A DNA stretch of 60,000 bases from Vicugna vicugna (lineage: Eukaryota), in assembly GCA_013265495.1 (NCBI GenBank), contig MU057651.1, forward strand, positions 2,334,948 through 2,394,947, given 5' to 3'. Positions 13,086 through 25,949 of the stretch are shown here, piece by piece (the first letter of the stretch is position 1; each line of letters begins with the position of its first letter). Below the pieces are notes generated by a model. The model was not told where the DNA came from and did no database searches. It was given only the letters and a program-made list of their open reading frames with translations. A program made the position numbers and the translations under genes.

Positions 13086-16000
13086 GTTTGTCCAAAGCTC
13101 ACCTTTTTTTTTTTTTTTTATTTTTATGAGAACAGCCTTCCTTGCCTCCAGGCCAGGAGCTCAGACTCCGCCGTTCCCACCCCTGCCGCTGCTGGAACTC
13201 CTCCTTCAGCACTGATACACAGAGAGATCGCCACCGCGTCTCAGAGAACCAGAAGCCTGGGTTCTAGCAGCAGCCCTGGCTCAGCTCCTGCAGGCCCTCT
13301 GAGCTGTCACGCCGGAGGCTCAGAGTTTCCCGGCGGCGTGCTGGCCACAACACGCCAGCCTGTCTCAGGGCGATCAGGGAGGCGGCGTAAGCAAAGATGC
13401 TCTGAAAAGCGCAGAGCAGCGTGTGAATAGATGGTGCAACTTTTCATCACTTTTAATTGGCGTTGGCCTTTATGATTATGGTTTTGTTTTATTCCAGGAG
13501 CAGGCTCAGCTTTGTGAATCAGCCATGGTGCTTTGCAAGGGCGTGCAAGCTCTTCCCATGTGGGATGCGTGCCTTGGACCAGGCGCTCGTCTCTGCGGAG
13601 GCCTCCGTGGGGGGGAGACCTGGTATCTGTGGGCGCTCGCAGATCTGTTCTGTTGATAAGTCAATCTTTTACGGATTGGATTTGAACTCTCCCCCCGCCC
13701 CCGTAGCTTCCTCTGATCGATATTTTCTCCTGGGAAACTGTGTGTAAAAAGTCACTCCCCCTCCTCCTGAATCATAGCATCGCAGGTTAAAAACTCCATG
13801 AAAAGGGTGTAATCGTGACTCCCTCTGGCTTGGAACCCAAGGGACCTCAGAATGCTTCGACTTTTAGTTCAGATAAGCATCTCGAGGTTGAACACTTATC
13901 TGGAAGCTTTGAACTGTCAATGCCTATCTGGGGAGAAATAGCGTGAGAGTAAATTTTTGTTGCCTCATTTCCAGAACCTCCTGGTTTTGAAGGGGCCAGA
14001 AATTCTTTGAAAAAAGGAAAGAGACAAGCCAGCGGTATCTTCTGGAGGGGAGGGACCCAGAGGGAAGTGCTCAGGGACCACCCTAACAAAGCTCCCTCCT
14101 AGCCTGGCCGGAGTCTGAACAAGAGGAGTGGGGTGACCTGGTTTGCTGGTTTTTATTGACCTTTGGTGGTTGGATCTTGCTGCGCAGAGAGGGTCGTGCG
14201 GCGGGCAGCCCAGACCTCCAGACCTTCGAGTCTCAAATGCATCATCTGAAATGTATGAACAGAGAAGACTTAATGATGGGGGTTATTAACAAAACCAGCG
14301 CGCAGTTTCTGGCACTGAAAATTCCCATCCTTTTCCCCTTTTCTACCACTTTCTCATGAGGGCACTTGTCCTGATGAGACAGCTGCCCCCAAATCAGGTT
14401 GGTTATGGAACCTGCCATGTGCACTGGTGGCCCCTCAGCATCACGGGGTCCTGCTGGGAGCCTGCATCCCAGAATGCGGTGGGGGTTCGGGGCTGGATAT
14501 GCCGGAGAAGGGAGGGTACATCACACCTCGTCTCCCTGGAAATTTCCAACATCTCTAGAGCCTGCTTGACCAACCTTGCTTTCCAGTCAAGTCATCCAAC
14601 TTTTCCATCTGGATATTTCTAAGAATAGCTCTGGTTCTCCCCGCCTGCCGTGCAGTGATCCCAAAGCCGGGTCGGAGGAAGGGACAAGAGGTTCCTTCCA
14701 TGTTTCCTAGATGAGGTGAAGAGCCCAGGGGTCTCCTGTAATTGCTGCCGATCTGCCCAAAGTTAGGCAAACAGGAAGTGACCCCGGGGTCGACTCAGAT
14801 TGCTGCAGGAGGGGGCAGCCTGCTCTCAGCACAGACGGTGTATGTGAAACTGCGAAAAAAATCATGTAATTGCCAATTCAGAATATTTCAGAAAAAACAC
14901 ACCTGATTTTTTTTTCTTCAAACTGAAAAATTCAGTAGGCAACACCCTCTTTTTTTTTTTTTTTGGCAACACCTTCTTACCCCATCATTACACACCATCA
15001 CCTTCACCCTCCTCGTGTCTCCTTGTTCTAAATGCCCATGAAATTAGAACTGATCTCCAGTTGGGGCAATGTCTCCCTTACAATCCGTGTGTAAGACATA
15101 ACCCCGGGGTATTTTGGTCACCACGGCATCATTAGTGTGGCACTATCGCAGCACCTGGGAGCCACAGAATAACTGCACAGTCCTGTTCCTACTGCGGATT
15201 GAAGCCCCGTGGACGTGCGTGTCCCGAGAACAAATAGCTCTCTCTCTGCTCATGCATCCAGCTCTGTGCATGGGGCTTAGCATCCCACCTTCCACATAGC
15301 AGGTGCTCAGGAAACAGTGAATGAGAGAATGAACTCACAGAGGCATTAAACCCTTACTGAGTACCTTCCGGAGAGGAGATAAATTTAGGACAGTTTCCCT
15401 GCCCTCCCTGGGGATACAATTTAGTCGAGAAGGGCTGATACAGGTAGAGAGAGCTAGGTAATGGTCTCAGGCGAGTTTACGCCCCATGCGAAGTGTGCAG
15501 ATGGCACACACGGGAGAAAACCCACCGAAGTGTTGAGGCAGAGGGTGGGGGGTGTCTGGGCAGGGCTGTAGAAAATGCAGGACGTGGGGCGAGAAAGATG
15601 CCTGTTTTCTTATTTCACCTCATTCGATGACATGCTATTTATTGCAAAGAAAAAAAAAATGAGGCCAAATGTAAGTAAGTAGTGAAGGCAGGATTTTAGT
15701 CCAAATCTCTCTGATGTCCCAAAGAATATGTCTTGCTCCTGGTGGGAATGCCTCCCTCTGGCAGAGAGGAAGAAGGAAGGGATATTTGTATAAAGAGTGA
15801 AGTTCTTACTAAACATCCCTGATGAAAAATTTGCCAAAAGGCAATGACTCCAAGTGGCTGCTTCTTTTAACAATCCTTTAGGGGAGGAGGGGGGACCAAA
15901 TAATGCCGCCAATTCGGAGGCTTCGTGGGGTCTTGGAGGGGCAGGGAAGGGGGCCCAGGAGTGTCCATTTGTGCAGTTCTGGCTTCAGATTGGGATAAAG

Positions 16001-16120
16001 TTTGGAGAACCTTGACGAAGAGGCTTCTGGTCTCCCAGGCAAATGCTGCTTCCGAAGATGTGAGCCACACTCAGCTGCCCCGGGGGGGAAGAGGCACATG
16101 CCGTTACCAGCTCTGCATGC

Positions 16121-16150
16121 GGGGTGGGATTGGGGTGGGATTGGGGTGGG
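16121..16150 (+). repeat. 11-bp tandem repeat (GGGGTGGGATT) x ~3
   Basis: ggggtgggattggggtgggattggggtggg read directly. Confidence 0.9.
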
Positions 16151-16499
16151 CGGACGGCACCCCCTTCCTCGGCTGCCGGCGCCTGCCTCTCCGGCAGACA
16201 CCTCCATCGCCTCTTACAACACCCACCACGATCTGCACGCTGTGGACTTCGTGTCCTCTGCTCCTTCTGCAAGGTGCGAAGTTGCCCCCACCCCAAGAGC
16301 CCAGTCTTCGCGCAGGGAAGGCCATCAGGGTGGTCCTCCTAGACAAACGTGTAGGTCGGTCTTTCCTCGGCATGTCCCCGGCATGTCACTTCGGGCAGGT
16401 GCTTCTGGGTGGACGGACTGCACTTCGTATCTCGCCATCAGGAGTGTGTGCTCTGAGCCTCTGCCGCGGACCCAGAGCCGGAGAGGCCTCCCCTGCACC

Positions 16500-18520
16500 T
16501 GTCTGCCTCCTCCCTGCGGGGGTGCCCCTCCCCAGACACTTCCAGCCATGCGCCTCCCTCTCCACGGCCGCCGCGTGTCCTGTCCAAATGCATAATGAAA
16601 AAGGAAAAAAAAAACTCAGAAGCAGGCCATCACGAGCCTCCCCTGTATAAATACGCAACTTGTTCCTATTAACAGCAAGCTGAAGCACGCCGGAGCCTTG
16701 ACACATACATTTCAGGATAGATTAGGGATCGCTGGCTGCATTTACATAACATTGAAATCCGCTGTCTCCACGCGCAAACTGAAACGCATCTCTCCGCGGT
16801 CCTCCCGCGGGGGCCTGCCTGAGACAGGCCTCTGCCTCGCCTTCACTTCGGGAGTCCTGTTGATTTATTGAACCTGTCCACTCTCCGCTTTCCTGCTGAG
16901 GGATGGGAGCCGGGCAAGGGGGACACAGGGACCAGGCCCGCCTGCGCCAAGCCGCCCCAGGCGCAGGGGATGAGGTGGGGCCCGGACCTGGCGCATCTCC
17001 TGCCCGGCATGCCTTGCAGCTGCCGGAAGCCACCCACCCTATTTCAGAAACCACAGGCCCCTGCGGGTTCTGAGATCCCCCGTTTCATGTGCTCTTTGAA
17101 ACCCTGCGCCCCATGTGGTGCCTTGTGTGTGTCCTGTTTTCAGCTTTCTGAGCTGGGACTGGGAGACAGCACCCACCGCACGCTCCGAGCCCGCGTGCTT
17201 TGGCCTCCAGCATCCCCTGTTCGCAAACGCGGGCCCCCGGGCTCGGGTACCAGCAGGCTGTCGCCCCTCCCTCCCTCCCTCACTCCCTCCCTCTCTCCCT
17301 CGGCGCCAGCACCCTGTCCCCGTCTCTCTGCAGAAAGGAGGGACCTGCTTCCTGTTGTGGAATCGCACCCTAACCACACAGGCAGGGCCGCTTTGCAAAC
17401 GGGGATGTGTTTTTAGCTGCCACTTGTCGCTCTGGAAACAGGGATGTCTCTCTGGGGAACGTGGAAGGGGGGGGTGTTCCGGGTCCGCGCCCCCGGCTGG
17501 GCGCTGCCTCTCGCCACCCCTGCGCCTTTGCCCAGGGCGCCCCTCTCCCTGCTTTCTCCTGCCCAGGGTTTCACCCAGGGCTGCACCGCCCTCCTCCCCC
17601 ATCCCCGGATCCGATCGGCCTCCCCTGCTCTGAAGACCCCACAGTTCAGGCCCCACGCCTGGGATCTCGATTGTTAATCATTTTGCCTTGACTTTGGGTT
17701 TTGCATGTGAATCCACGGAGCAGCAGAGCGTGCACAGGGCGGGCCAGCCCGGGCTCCCCGCAGGCCACCCTCCCAGCTGCCTCCTCCGCCCCCCACCCGG
17801 GGGCCTCTGCCACCTGCCCCGCCGCCCCACCCAGCCGCCGCCGCTGCCGCCCTCCGCCCTGTGCGGGGACCTGGGCCTGGGCGTGGGGACCTGGGGACGT
17901 GGGGACCCGGGAAAGGTCAGGCACACACTTGTGGGCGGGGCCCTGGGTGCTGTGAGGTCTGCAGATACCCATGGGCATCCCTGAGCCCAGGGGAGGCAGC
18001 ATGAAATAGCAAGTTTGAAAACAGCCCGACCAGTTAGGAGAGAGACCATGAAAGAAGGGGAAAAAAAAAATGTCTTTCCTCTTTCTTGGGCAAGGGCCCC
18101 TGTTTGCAGTTTCCCCCGGGCTGGTGCAGTGCACAGCCTGCCCTGCCGGACAGCCGTGGGCCAGGGAGCCCGGCGACCCAGGGCCCGAGGCTGCGGGTGG
18201 CGCCCTGACTCCGAGGGCCGCCCACGCGGGCTGGCATTCTGGGCGATGGCTCTCCTTCAGGAGGAGGGTGGGTTCAGAGCAGACAGGCCCCCCTGCCTCC
18301 TCCCTCTCTTGCAGCCTCTGATGTGCGCCAGCCAAGGGCCTCGGTGGCCGGCAAGCTGGGGCCAGGCCACCTCCTACTCAGAGATGGAAAGATGCTGCTG
18401 AGAATTTAAGAGCTGCGTTCTCAACGCACGTGGCTAAAATAAGGCTGCAGTTTTGCATCTGCAAGTATTTATGCCTGGAAATAAGGAAGTGAAATTCTCA
18501 CCTACTGGAAAGACTGTTAC
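16500..18520. promoter_or_regulatory. Distal CpG-rich, repeat-poor region; candidate haematopoietic enhancer or lncRNA promoter
   Basis: High GC/CpG; RUNX AACCACA/TGTGGT at 17049, 17114, 17372; ETS CTTCCTGT at 17348; EICE GGAAGTGAAA at 18485-18494; TATAAATA at 16646. Confidence 0.55.
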
Positions 18521-19579
18521 GGGGCCGCTCCGTGGGGCCAGTGTGGCTTTGGGCTGTGCGAGCAGTGTGTCACACGTGCAGAGGCGGGGACTCGGGAGCC
18601 GCGACAGGCAGCTGCCAGAAGTGGTCCTATTCAGGGAGATAGGGATGGGCCTCCGTGTCCTCGTCTGAAGCACAGAGAGGGCTTCACAGGGGAGGAGACG
18701 TGGGATGGACTGTCAGCAGTGGCCCATGCCCTCCAGCAGTCCTCACCACCTCTCACTTGCAACCCTCCCCGTTCAGGACCTTCTCAAGCTGTCCTGGAGC
18801 TCCGATGGGGTCTAAGTCACGTTGGGTAACGCCTTCCTGTCCCGCCGGCACGTGCTGCTTTCCTGCATTGGGCATGCCCCATGGACTGCTTCACTTTCCT
18901 GCAGCAGGCCACGTCCTCCAAGCTGGCATGGGAGTGGCACCGGTTCCACGGTCAGCTGGAGGGATGGGCCCTAGATGACTGACCTCAATGGCTCATCAGA
19001 CGCCAGGGATGTTTCCTGGGGTCCTTGGAAAGAAAAACTCTGCCCTAGGCAAGAGCTTGGGGCAAACATTCTCCCTCCCTCTGCTTGGTGACACAGAGAA
19101 CCTAAGGTCTGGATGTGAGGGTGGAGACTATCTGAGCAAAAGCCCTCTTGTGGAGTCCAGGGACACGGCCGACACTGTCAAAGACAGATCACGGAAAGGG
19201 AGAATCACTGATTTCCTTGCTCAGTGTATACATTTCCTACATTGTTTAGATAAGATACAGGGCTTTTTTTTTTTTAACTGTTATTGACTTAATAGCTCTT
19301 AAACTGCATCTCAGTGTTGTTCAACTTACATTTTGGTTCAGTCATGAGGTTAACTATTAGCTTTATCTCTTCTTGACCCCGTGATGAAGGAGAGCACCTC
19401 GAAATCCTTACCTGGATAAGTCTGTGGACCACTGGATGGACCCACCCCCTCTGAGAAGAGAAGACCCTCTTGTGAGTGTGGGTGCACACCTGGGGAAGTG
19501 TGAGCCTGGCCCTTGCTTTGCACCTGTTTCCCGGGAAGACCGTTAATCTGGACAGGGAGGCAGAGTGGGAGGTGGACAA

Positions 19580-20216
19580 TGTAGTAGGTAGAATTCTGAG
19601 ATGACTTCCAAAGACCCGTTCCCTTATATGTTTTCCTTCCCTTGTATGTGGGTGGAACCTGTGAGTGTGACGAGGTGTCCATTCTCATAACTATATTATG
19701 TTATATGGAAAATGGGATTTTGCAGATGGCACGAAGATTAACTAAACAGTTGGCTCTGAGTTAATCGAGAGAAATCGTTTGGTGGGACGTGACGGCTTTC
19801 AATCTGGCTTTAGAGGAAAGAGACAGGAAGTGAGAGACTCAAAGCATGAAGGAGATTCTCCAAACAGCCTTGAAACTGGGGAGGACCTGGTGGCAAGGAC
19901 CATGGGCAGCTGATGGATGTCGATCATGGTCTCCTGCTGACAGACAGGGAGGAAACGGGGACCTCAGTCTTCCAAATGCAAACAGCGAAGCTGTCAATAA
20001 TTGGAGTGAGCTGGGAAGCAAAGCCTTTCCCAGACAGAGCCCCAGCCGGGAGCTCAGTTCCCTGGACACATCGATCTCAGCCTCAGTCTTGCGGGAACCA
20101 GGCTTCTGACTCACAAAACTGTGTGCTAAAAAAAAAAGAATAAAGAAAAAAATAGGAATAGTTTTAAGATTCAGATTGTATGGCAATATGTCATAGAGCA
20201 ATAGAAAATTAATGCT
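19580..20216 (+). mobile_element. MaLR solo LTR (MLT1E-like)
   Basis: Starts tgtagtaggtagaattctgagatga; contains gggattttgcagatg and acggggacctcagtc; ends gcaatagaaaattaatgc, all MLT1 hallmarks. Confidence 0.85.
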
Positions 20217-20449
20217 CGTAGCCAGACCCAAAGACCCTCTTTCAAAGCTTCCACCGAGACAGCTACAAAAACTGTCTGTACCCAGGACCTTACCTGGGAA
20301 TATCCAGTCCTTTGCTTACTGAAGCTGGATTTTCATTACTGGTGACCAAAATCTCCTCTACAGCCCTTAAATTCTTTCATTTCTTATCTTATACCCTTCA
20401 AAGAACAGGAGTCTCTGCCCAAGGCATCCTAACACCGTTAGGAAGCTCG

Positions 20450-21000
20450 GTGAGAATTTTTAATCATTTTCTAGAAGAGCGTGTGAATCTATTCGATTGT
20501 CAAAAAGTGATAAATATGCCAACACCAGCATAATTTGTGTCATTATTGGTCCTTTGATAATATATGCTCTATGGTGACAGCACTGTTTTCATTTGTATCT
20601 CTGGGTTGTTGTTTTTTTTCTCCCCAGCTTCCAGAATTTGGATCCATATAATCAACTTGTACGAATTGCCTGTTCATGAAATTTGCCCAACTTTCTGTTG
20701 GAATCTTAATTTTTTCCACCAGTTTCTGTGAGAATCCGTATAAAATCTCTGTCACATGTATTGACAATGCTTTCCAGTCTGTTTTCCTGTTTAATTTTAT
20801 TGCGACTGTGCAGTCGCTTGATGGAAATTTCCTATTTTTTTATGTTATAGATCTGTTACTTGCTTTCTTCATGGCTTCCTCCATTGGCTCTCAAAATGTA
20901 GGAATGAAGAAAACTTTTTTATACATACATTTACCTCTTTATTCCTTTCTGGGATTTTTTTTTCTCCAGATCATCCGTTTTTCCAGACTAACTTAGATTC
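20450..21000 (-). mobile_element. Ancient L1 ORF2 3' region relic
   Basis: tgcctgttcatgaaatttgcccaactttctgttgg...aatctctgtcacatgtattgac is antisense L1M-like. Confidence 0.55.
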
Positions 21001-21598
21001 ATTTCTCCATTTGGCTTTTTGTGTGTTTTTTTGGATGGTATTTCTTTTTCCTTTTAGCATATTTCTCAGGAGTCTCCAGTTACAGGAACCCAATTTGAAT
21101 TGAACATGAATGAGATGTCTTATTTCAAAGGTGCTTGATGACTGAACAAATAGATGCTAGAGCCGCCTGGAGGCGTGAAGGACAAATGGGACCACGGAGT
21201 CAGACGGATGATGGCGTGGACAAGGCTTGGCCAGGGGATGCTGTCTGCCACCCTCCCTCTCTCTTCTTCTCTGAGCTCCCAGGTCTCTTTCTCGGTGCAT
21301 GGTTTGTCTGGTTTTCCCCCCAGCAGGGGACATTCCTCTCTGCTGACGACAGCACAGCTGGTCTGGCCAGACACCTGACAGCTCCCTCACCCCGCGCGCG
21401 CGAGGGCTCTGTGCTCCGGCAGCAGCCAGGAACGTCCAGGGACGGACCAGCTGGCCCAGCTGGCCCAGCGTGGGTCACCTGCGGGCCCAACACACAGAAT
21501 CAAATTACAGTTGGCGAGTATTCCCTGCGGAAGAAAAGTCTTGACTCTCAATACTGAGAAGAACTTCAAATTCACCGTTTTAAATCTGGGCCCTTTAT

Positions 21599-21733
21599 GG
21601 GGGAGGTTCCGTGGTAGACCGTGCGCTTAGCATGCACAAGGTCCTGGGTTCAATCCCCAGTCCCTTCACTAAAATAAATGAAAAAATAAACCTAGTTACT
21701 ACTCCCCCCGAAAAAATAAATAAAAAATAAAAT
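21599..21733 (+). mobile_element. tRNA-Ala-derived SINE (Vic-1 type)
   Basis: ggggagg...gtggtagaccgtgcgcttagcatgcacaaggtcctgggttcaatccccagt, then aaataaacctagttactactcccccc and an A-rich tail. Confidence 0.9.
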
Positions 21734-23127
21734 AGTTGGATAAATCTGAGCCCTTCATGAATCAAAGCATTGTGGACATTTGAGCCCCAGGCTGACCTCA
21801 GAGCTGAAGACGGGGCTCTCATCTCTGAGCAGCACTGGTGGGGGCAGGGCTCCGTGACAACCCCTGCACACATCCCACCTTCTCCCGGAAATGACCGTGG
21901 TCACCTGCTGCAGGCGGAGAGCAGGGATTCCCTCGGGGAGGGCCTCCGGCTTCCTAACCAGCTCCCACACCAGCCGGAAAGAGATATGGGTCCTTAATTC
22001 TGGACTTCTTGGTCAATGGGCCAAGGTGCAGGCTTCATTCAGCCAAATCCAAAAATTCCGAGATCAAACTTTTCTCTGTTCTCATTATTAGCAAAAGGAG
22101 GGAGACAGACCAAGAAAACAGCCTTCCTTGTAGAACTTCGCCTGAAGGTCACGTCTGTCTGTCCTGTTCACCACCCTAGTTCCCCAGGCTCCATCCTTCT
22201 CCAGCAGGTTGGCCCCGGCATCACGGGGTACCACCCGGGAACACTATGGATGACGTTTAAGCCACATGTTTTTGGAGGAGCAAGCCTTTCTCCACTTCGT
22301 GAATACTTCTGTCTTTCCAGCGCCTGTTGGTCAACTTTACCTGCATCGTTTGGGGCTTTGATCTCAGTCAGAACCATGAATAATTTCCTCTTCGGCTTAA
22401 TGGGGCTGCCGAGGGAATGAGGGAGATCTGGTTCAAATGGTTCGCAAGCCCTGTTATGGACAGCTCCGGGCACCTAGTGTGAGCTGCCAGGTGCATTACG
22501 GGGTAATAAATGTGTAACGAGCTAGGAGACCTGTGCGTGCACTGAAAATGAACTCCGAGTTAAGTCAGGGAGGCGCTTCCCTGGTGCTGCCTCCGCTCTC
22601 TGTGGTCCTTCACTCTGCTTCTCAGAAGGGGTGTGGTGGTCGCCTCCACCGCCAGCCTGGGTGCCTGGAAACTCTGTTTCCATATCCGTTATCCCCATCA
22701 GCAGAGGGCCTGAGCTGTGCAGGTGTAGCAGGGGTGTGAGATGGTTAAATGGTGAAACCTCATGGGTTTAAATGCAGGAGTGGTGACTGTGCGTAAAATG
22801 GGAGTGTCAGTCACCTGCAGACGCAGGGACGGAGAATCCTTTTCAGTTGGGGTAAAACATGCTACGCCAGAAAGATCCCCTCGGGGGGAACAGGAGAGGG
22901 GCCAGAGCTGGGGTGCTCCGAGGGGCACCTGCAAATGATGGGGGCCTGAGAGTTCACGACACTGGCGAAAACCGGGACCCAAACTTCCCTTCCAGGGCTT
23001 CTCCAGCAGAGTGGGAGTGGAGGGAGACACTTTGCAACTTCCATAGTCTTTGATATAATTTTATCTATTTATTTAATTTTATTTATTTATAATTTTACAT
23101 ATTTTTATATAATCCGAAGAACCTCCC

Positions 23128-23280
23128 TTGTAATAACCCATAATATGGAGAAGAATCTGAAAAAGAACACAGATGTGTGGGTGCAACCTGCTGTACGCCT
23201 GAAACTAACACAAAGTTGGAAATTAACTACATCTCAATTTTTAAAAAAAGTTAAAAACAAAAAAACAAACGAACAAAAAA
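23128..23280 (+). mobile_element. Short L1 3' end with A-rich tail
   Basis: ttgtaataacc...aagaatctgaaaaagaa...gctgtacgcctgaaactaacaca...aattaactacatctcaat matches the L1 3' end at 2160-2290. Confidence 0.9.
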
Positions 23281-24354
23281 CCCTTTTCAGGAGTTGTCGT
23301 CTATAGCTTTCCAAATTGGGCAGGCCACACCTAGAAGGCACTCCGCCTGGAAGGCCACGTTGCCATGTTTAGTGATAATTTTCCAGGCACAGAATAATAG
23401 CAAAAACTATCATTGTACCAAACGTAGAGAAGGGGGACCAGGAACACGGCGTTCTCTGCAGAACTTTGCCTGAATGGCACTGTCTCTTTGTGCTGCTTCG
23501 TATATAGACGTAGTCCAAGATTTCCAAATTGTTTAAAAAAGAAAAAAAGGTGAAGCGTAAGAATGAGGGTTGGGTTAAGTTTTCTGCTATTTTGGTAGAC
23601 TTACGCATTTCATTGTATCCGACGCAGCCCCTCTCCCTGATGGAGGCACCAAAAGGGCCTGAGACCCACCTGTCTCTCTCCCAAATGGCAAATCCCGTCC
23701 GTTATGGCCGGGACGGGTCATTCTGCCCGGCTGGTGCCATGTGCTCAGCGGGAAGTGGGAGGGAAAGTTAACCCATCCCTCTCTGGCCGTTGTCTCTGAA
23801 GCAATGCACCAGCTCTCCTGCAGCCACAAGGCCCACTGGGCACTGAGGAAGAGCAGTCCTCGGGGGGCTGGACCCTCCTGCCCACACACCCACCACGGGG
23901 TCCTAGTGGCGGCCGCTCCAGCTTCCAGACCCCATTGTGGAATAAGGACTCAACCTTTACGTATTCATCCAATAAACCTTCACTGAGCACCTGCAAATCT
24001 GAGAAAGGGAAAATCTTCAGGACCCTGTCCTTGAAAACTCTTAACACAGCAGCGATCAAAACGGACTTGCTTAAACCAAGGTGGGGGGCAGAGGGGTGCA
24101 GATCCAGGTCGCCCCGTCCTGGAAGGACCCGTGGGGTCACAAAGTGGGCTTTCTAAGACTTCCTCTTGCCGCCATGCAAAGTTTAAAGACTTGCCTCTGA
24201 AGACGGGGAAAACACAGGAAGAGCTGTGCGGAAATGAGCACATTACGTTCTTACAGAATGACATGTTTAGTTAAGTGCCCGCCATGTGCCAGGTACCCTT
24301 CGAATCCCTTTCGTGCCTATTTGAGCCTCACAGCCACTCTGACTTAGGCCAGAC

Positions 24355-24568
24355 TGTGTGCCAGGCGTGTTCTGAAGTGCTTCACAAATACAAATCCATT
24401 TAATCATCGAGGATGGAGAGGTGCCAGGATTATCCCCATTTCACAGATGAGGGAACTGAAACAGAGAGGCTAAGTCATTTGCCCAGGGACACACAGCAAG
24501 TAAGAGGAAGAGACGGCATGGGAATTCAGGCGGCCTCACCGTGGACTCCACGCTCTTAACCACGGTGC
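24355..24568 (-). mobile_element. MIR
   Basis: tgtgccaggc...ccccatttcacagatgagggaactga...tttgcccagggacacacagc...ccacgctcttaaccac is a near full-length reverse MIR. Confidence 0.9.
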
Positions 24569-24749
24569 CTTATCCCAGGTGGGGAGGCAGCAAGTGTCAG
24601 GCACCCGCAGCGGGAAGCAGAAGTGGGGGGAGAGCCTGTCCCCGTTGCCAGATGTACAAACGAGGAGACAGCAGTAGCCCCTTCAGCTGGGCTGCGGGGA
24701 CGAAGGGGAAGCAACGGTGCAAAAAGGGAAGAATCAGCTCATCCAGGAT

Positions 24750-24895
24750 ACGTGTGAGTTCAAGTCCTACCTTCACCCTGGCCGGCTGCTCTGAGCCTCA
24801 GTGTTACCCACCTGCCTGCTAGAGGTTTTATGGGAATCCAATGATGATAAAAGCTGTTCGCACGGTAGCCGATGAGCAGAAAATGCTAATTACTT
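24750..24895 (+). mobile_element. Degenerate MIR
   Basis: gagttcaagtcc...ctctgagcctcagtgtt. Confidence 0.5.
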
Positions 24896-25467
24896 CTAAC
24901 CGGGGTCTCTCCTTCACGAATAAAGATTGACCGCGGGGCAGGACCAAGGCAGTGCGCCCCCCACAGCGCTCCCAGGGTGCCTGCCATTCCTGCCTGGTGC
25001 TGATCACGGCTTTTACTGAAGACACAAGCCTGCAGGCCACTTGGACCACCGTGATGTACCTAGACCCCTGAGGTCCGTTTGACTCAGTCCATGTTTCCAG
25101 AGTCGAGATTACCATAATCACAGTTACTGCCAACAAACTGATCGATGCCTGTGGAACGAAAACACATTGGCGTTGGGAAATTAAACAGAGTCCATCCTCG
25201 GGCAAACTTTCCTTGCCTGACATACAGGAAGCAACCATACTGCATGCGACAGATACATATTTAAATGCACGTACAAATTAATTATTCCTTAACTCGCATA
25301 GCTTCAGACATAGCACTTTTGGAAAAAAAAAGTTATTGTATGACCTTGGAAGGGAGGGCGAATCCTCTTTGGGGAACTGAAATTCCCACAAGAGTTAAGC
25401 AGAAGGTTTGACACATTTTCAGATTGTCCAAATGGGATGTTTTTTCCTTTATCTTTCGTTCTTCTTC

Positions 25468-25570
25468 TTTTTTTTTAAACTGAAGTTTAGTTGATTTACA
25501 ATGTTAGTTTCTGGTGTACAGCATAGTGATTCAGTTTATATAGATATACATATATATATATATATATATA
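25468..25570 (-). mobile_element. Short L1 3' end running into (TA)n
   Basis: ttttaaactgaagtttagttgatttacaatgttagtttctggtgtacagcatagtgattcagt followed by a TA microsatellite. Confidence 0.85.
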
Positions 25571-25949
25571 GGGGATTTTTAAAATTTATTTTTCTTTTTG
25601 AAACAGAAAATTAAAAAACAGCTACCCACACATTTCCAGTGCCCGGACAGTGACAAACAGCATCTCATGGTAATACTGAACCTTTGCATTTAAAGAAACT
25701 GCTTTAGCAGCCAGTATAGGGGATTACGTACGCGGGATGTTTGGGAGACGGGAAAAAAGAAAAAGAAGGGAAAGGTGAGGCAAAGGAGATACATTTTTCT
25801 AATCTGACCGTACGGTGGCTCAATTGCTCTCTTTTACACTTCACTTACTCTTTGCCTGTAAGTGTACGCAGCTCACAAACCTGGCCTGGCATCCCCTGGA
25901 ATATCGCCCATCAGGCTCCGAACCTCAAAACCAACACCCTGACCCTCTC

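Noticed and set aside
15925..18401. Many overlapping 100-240 aa ORFs
   Set aside because: GC-rich chance ORFs on both strands with no domain or exon structure.
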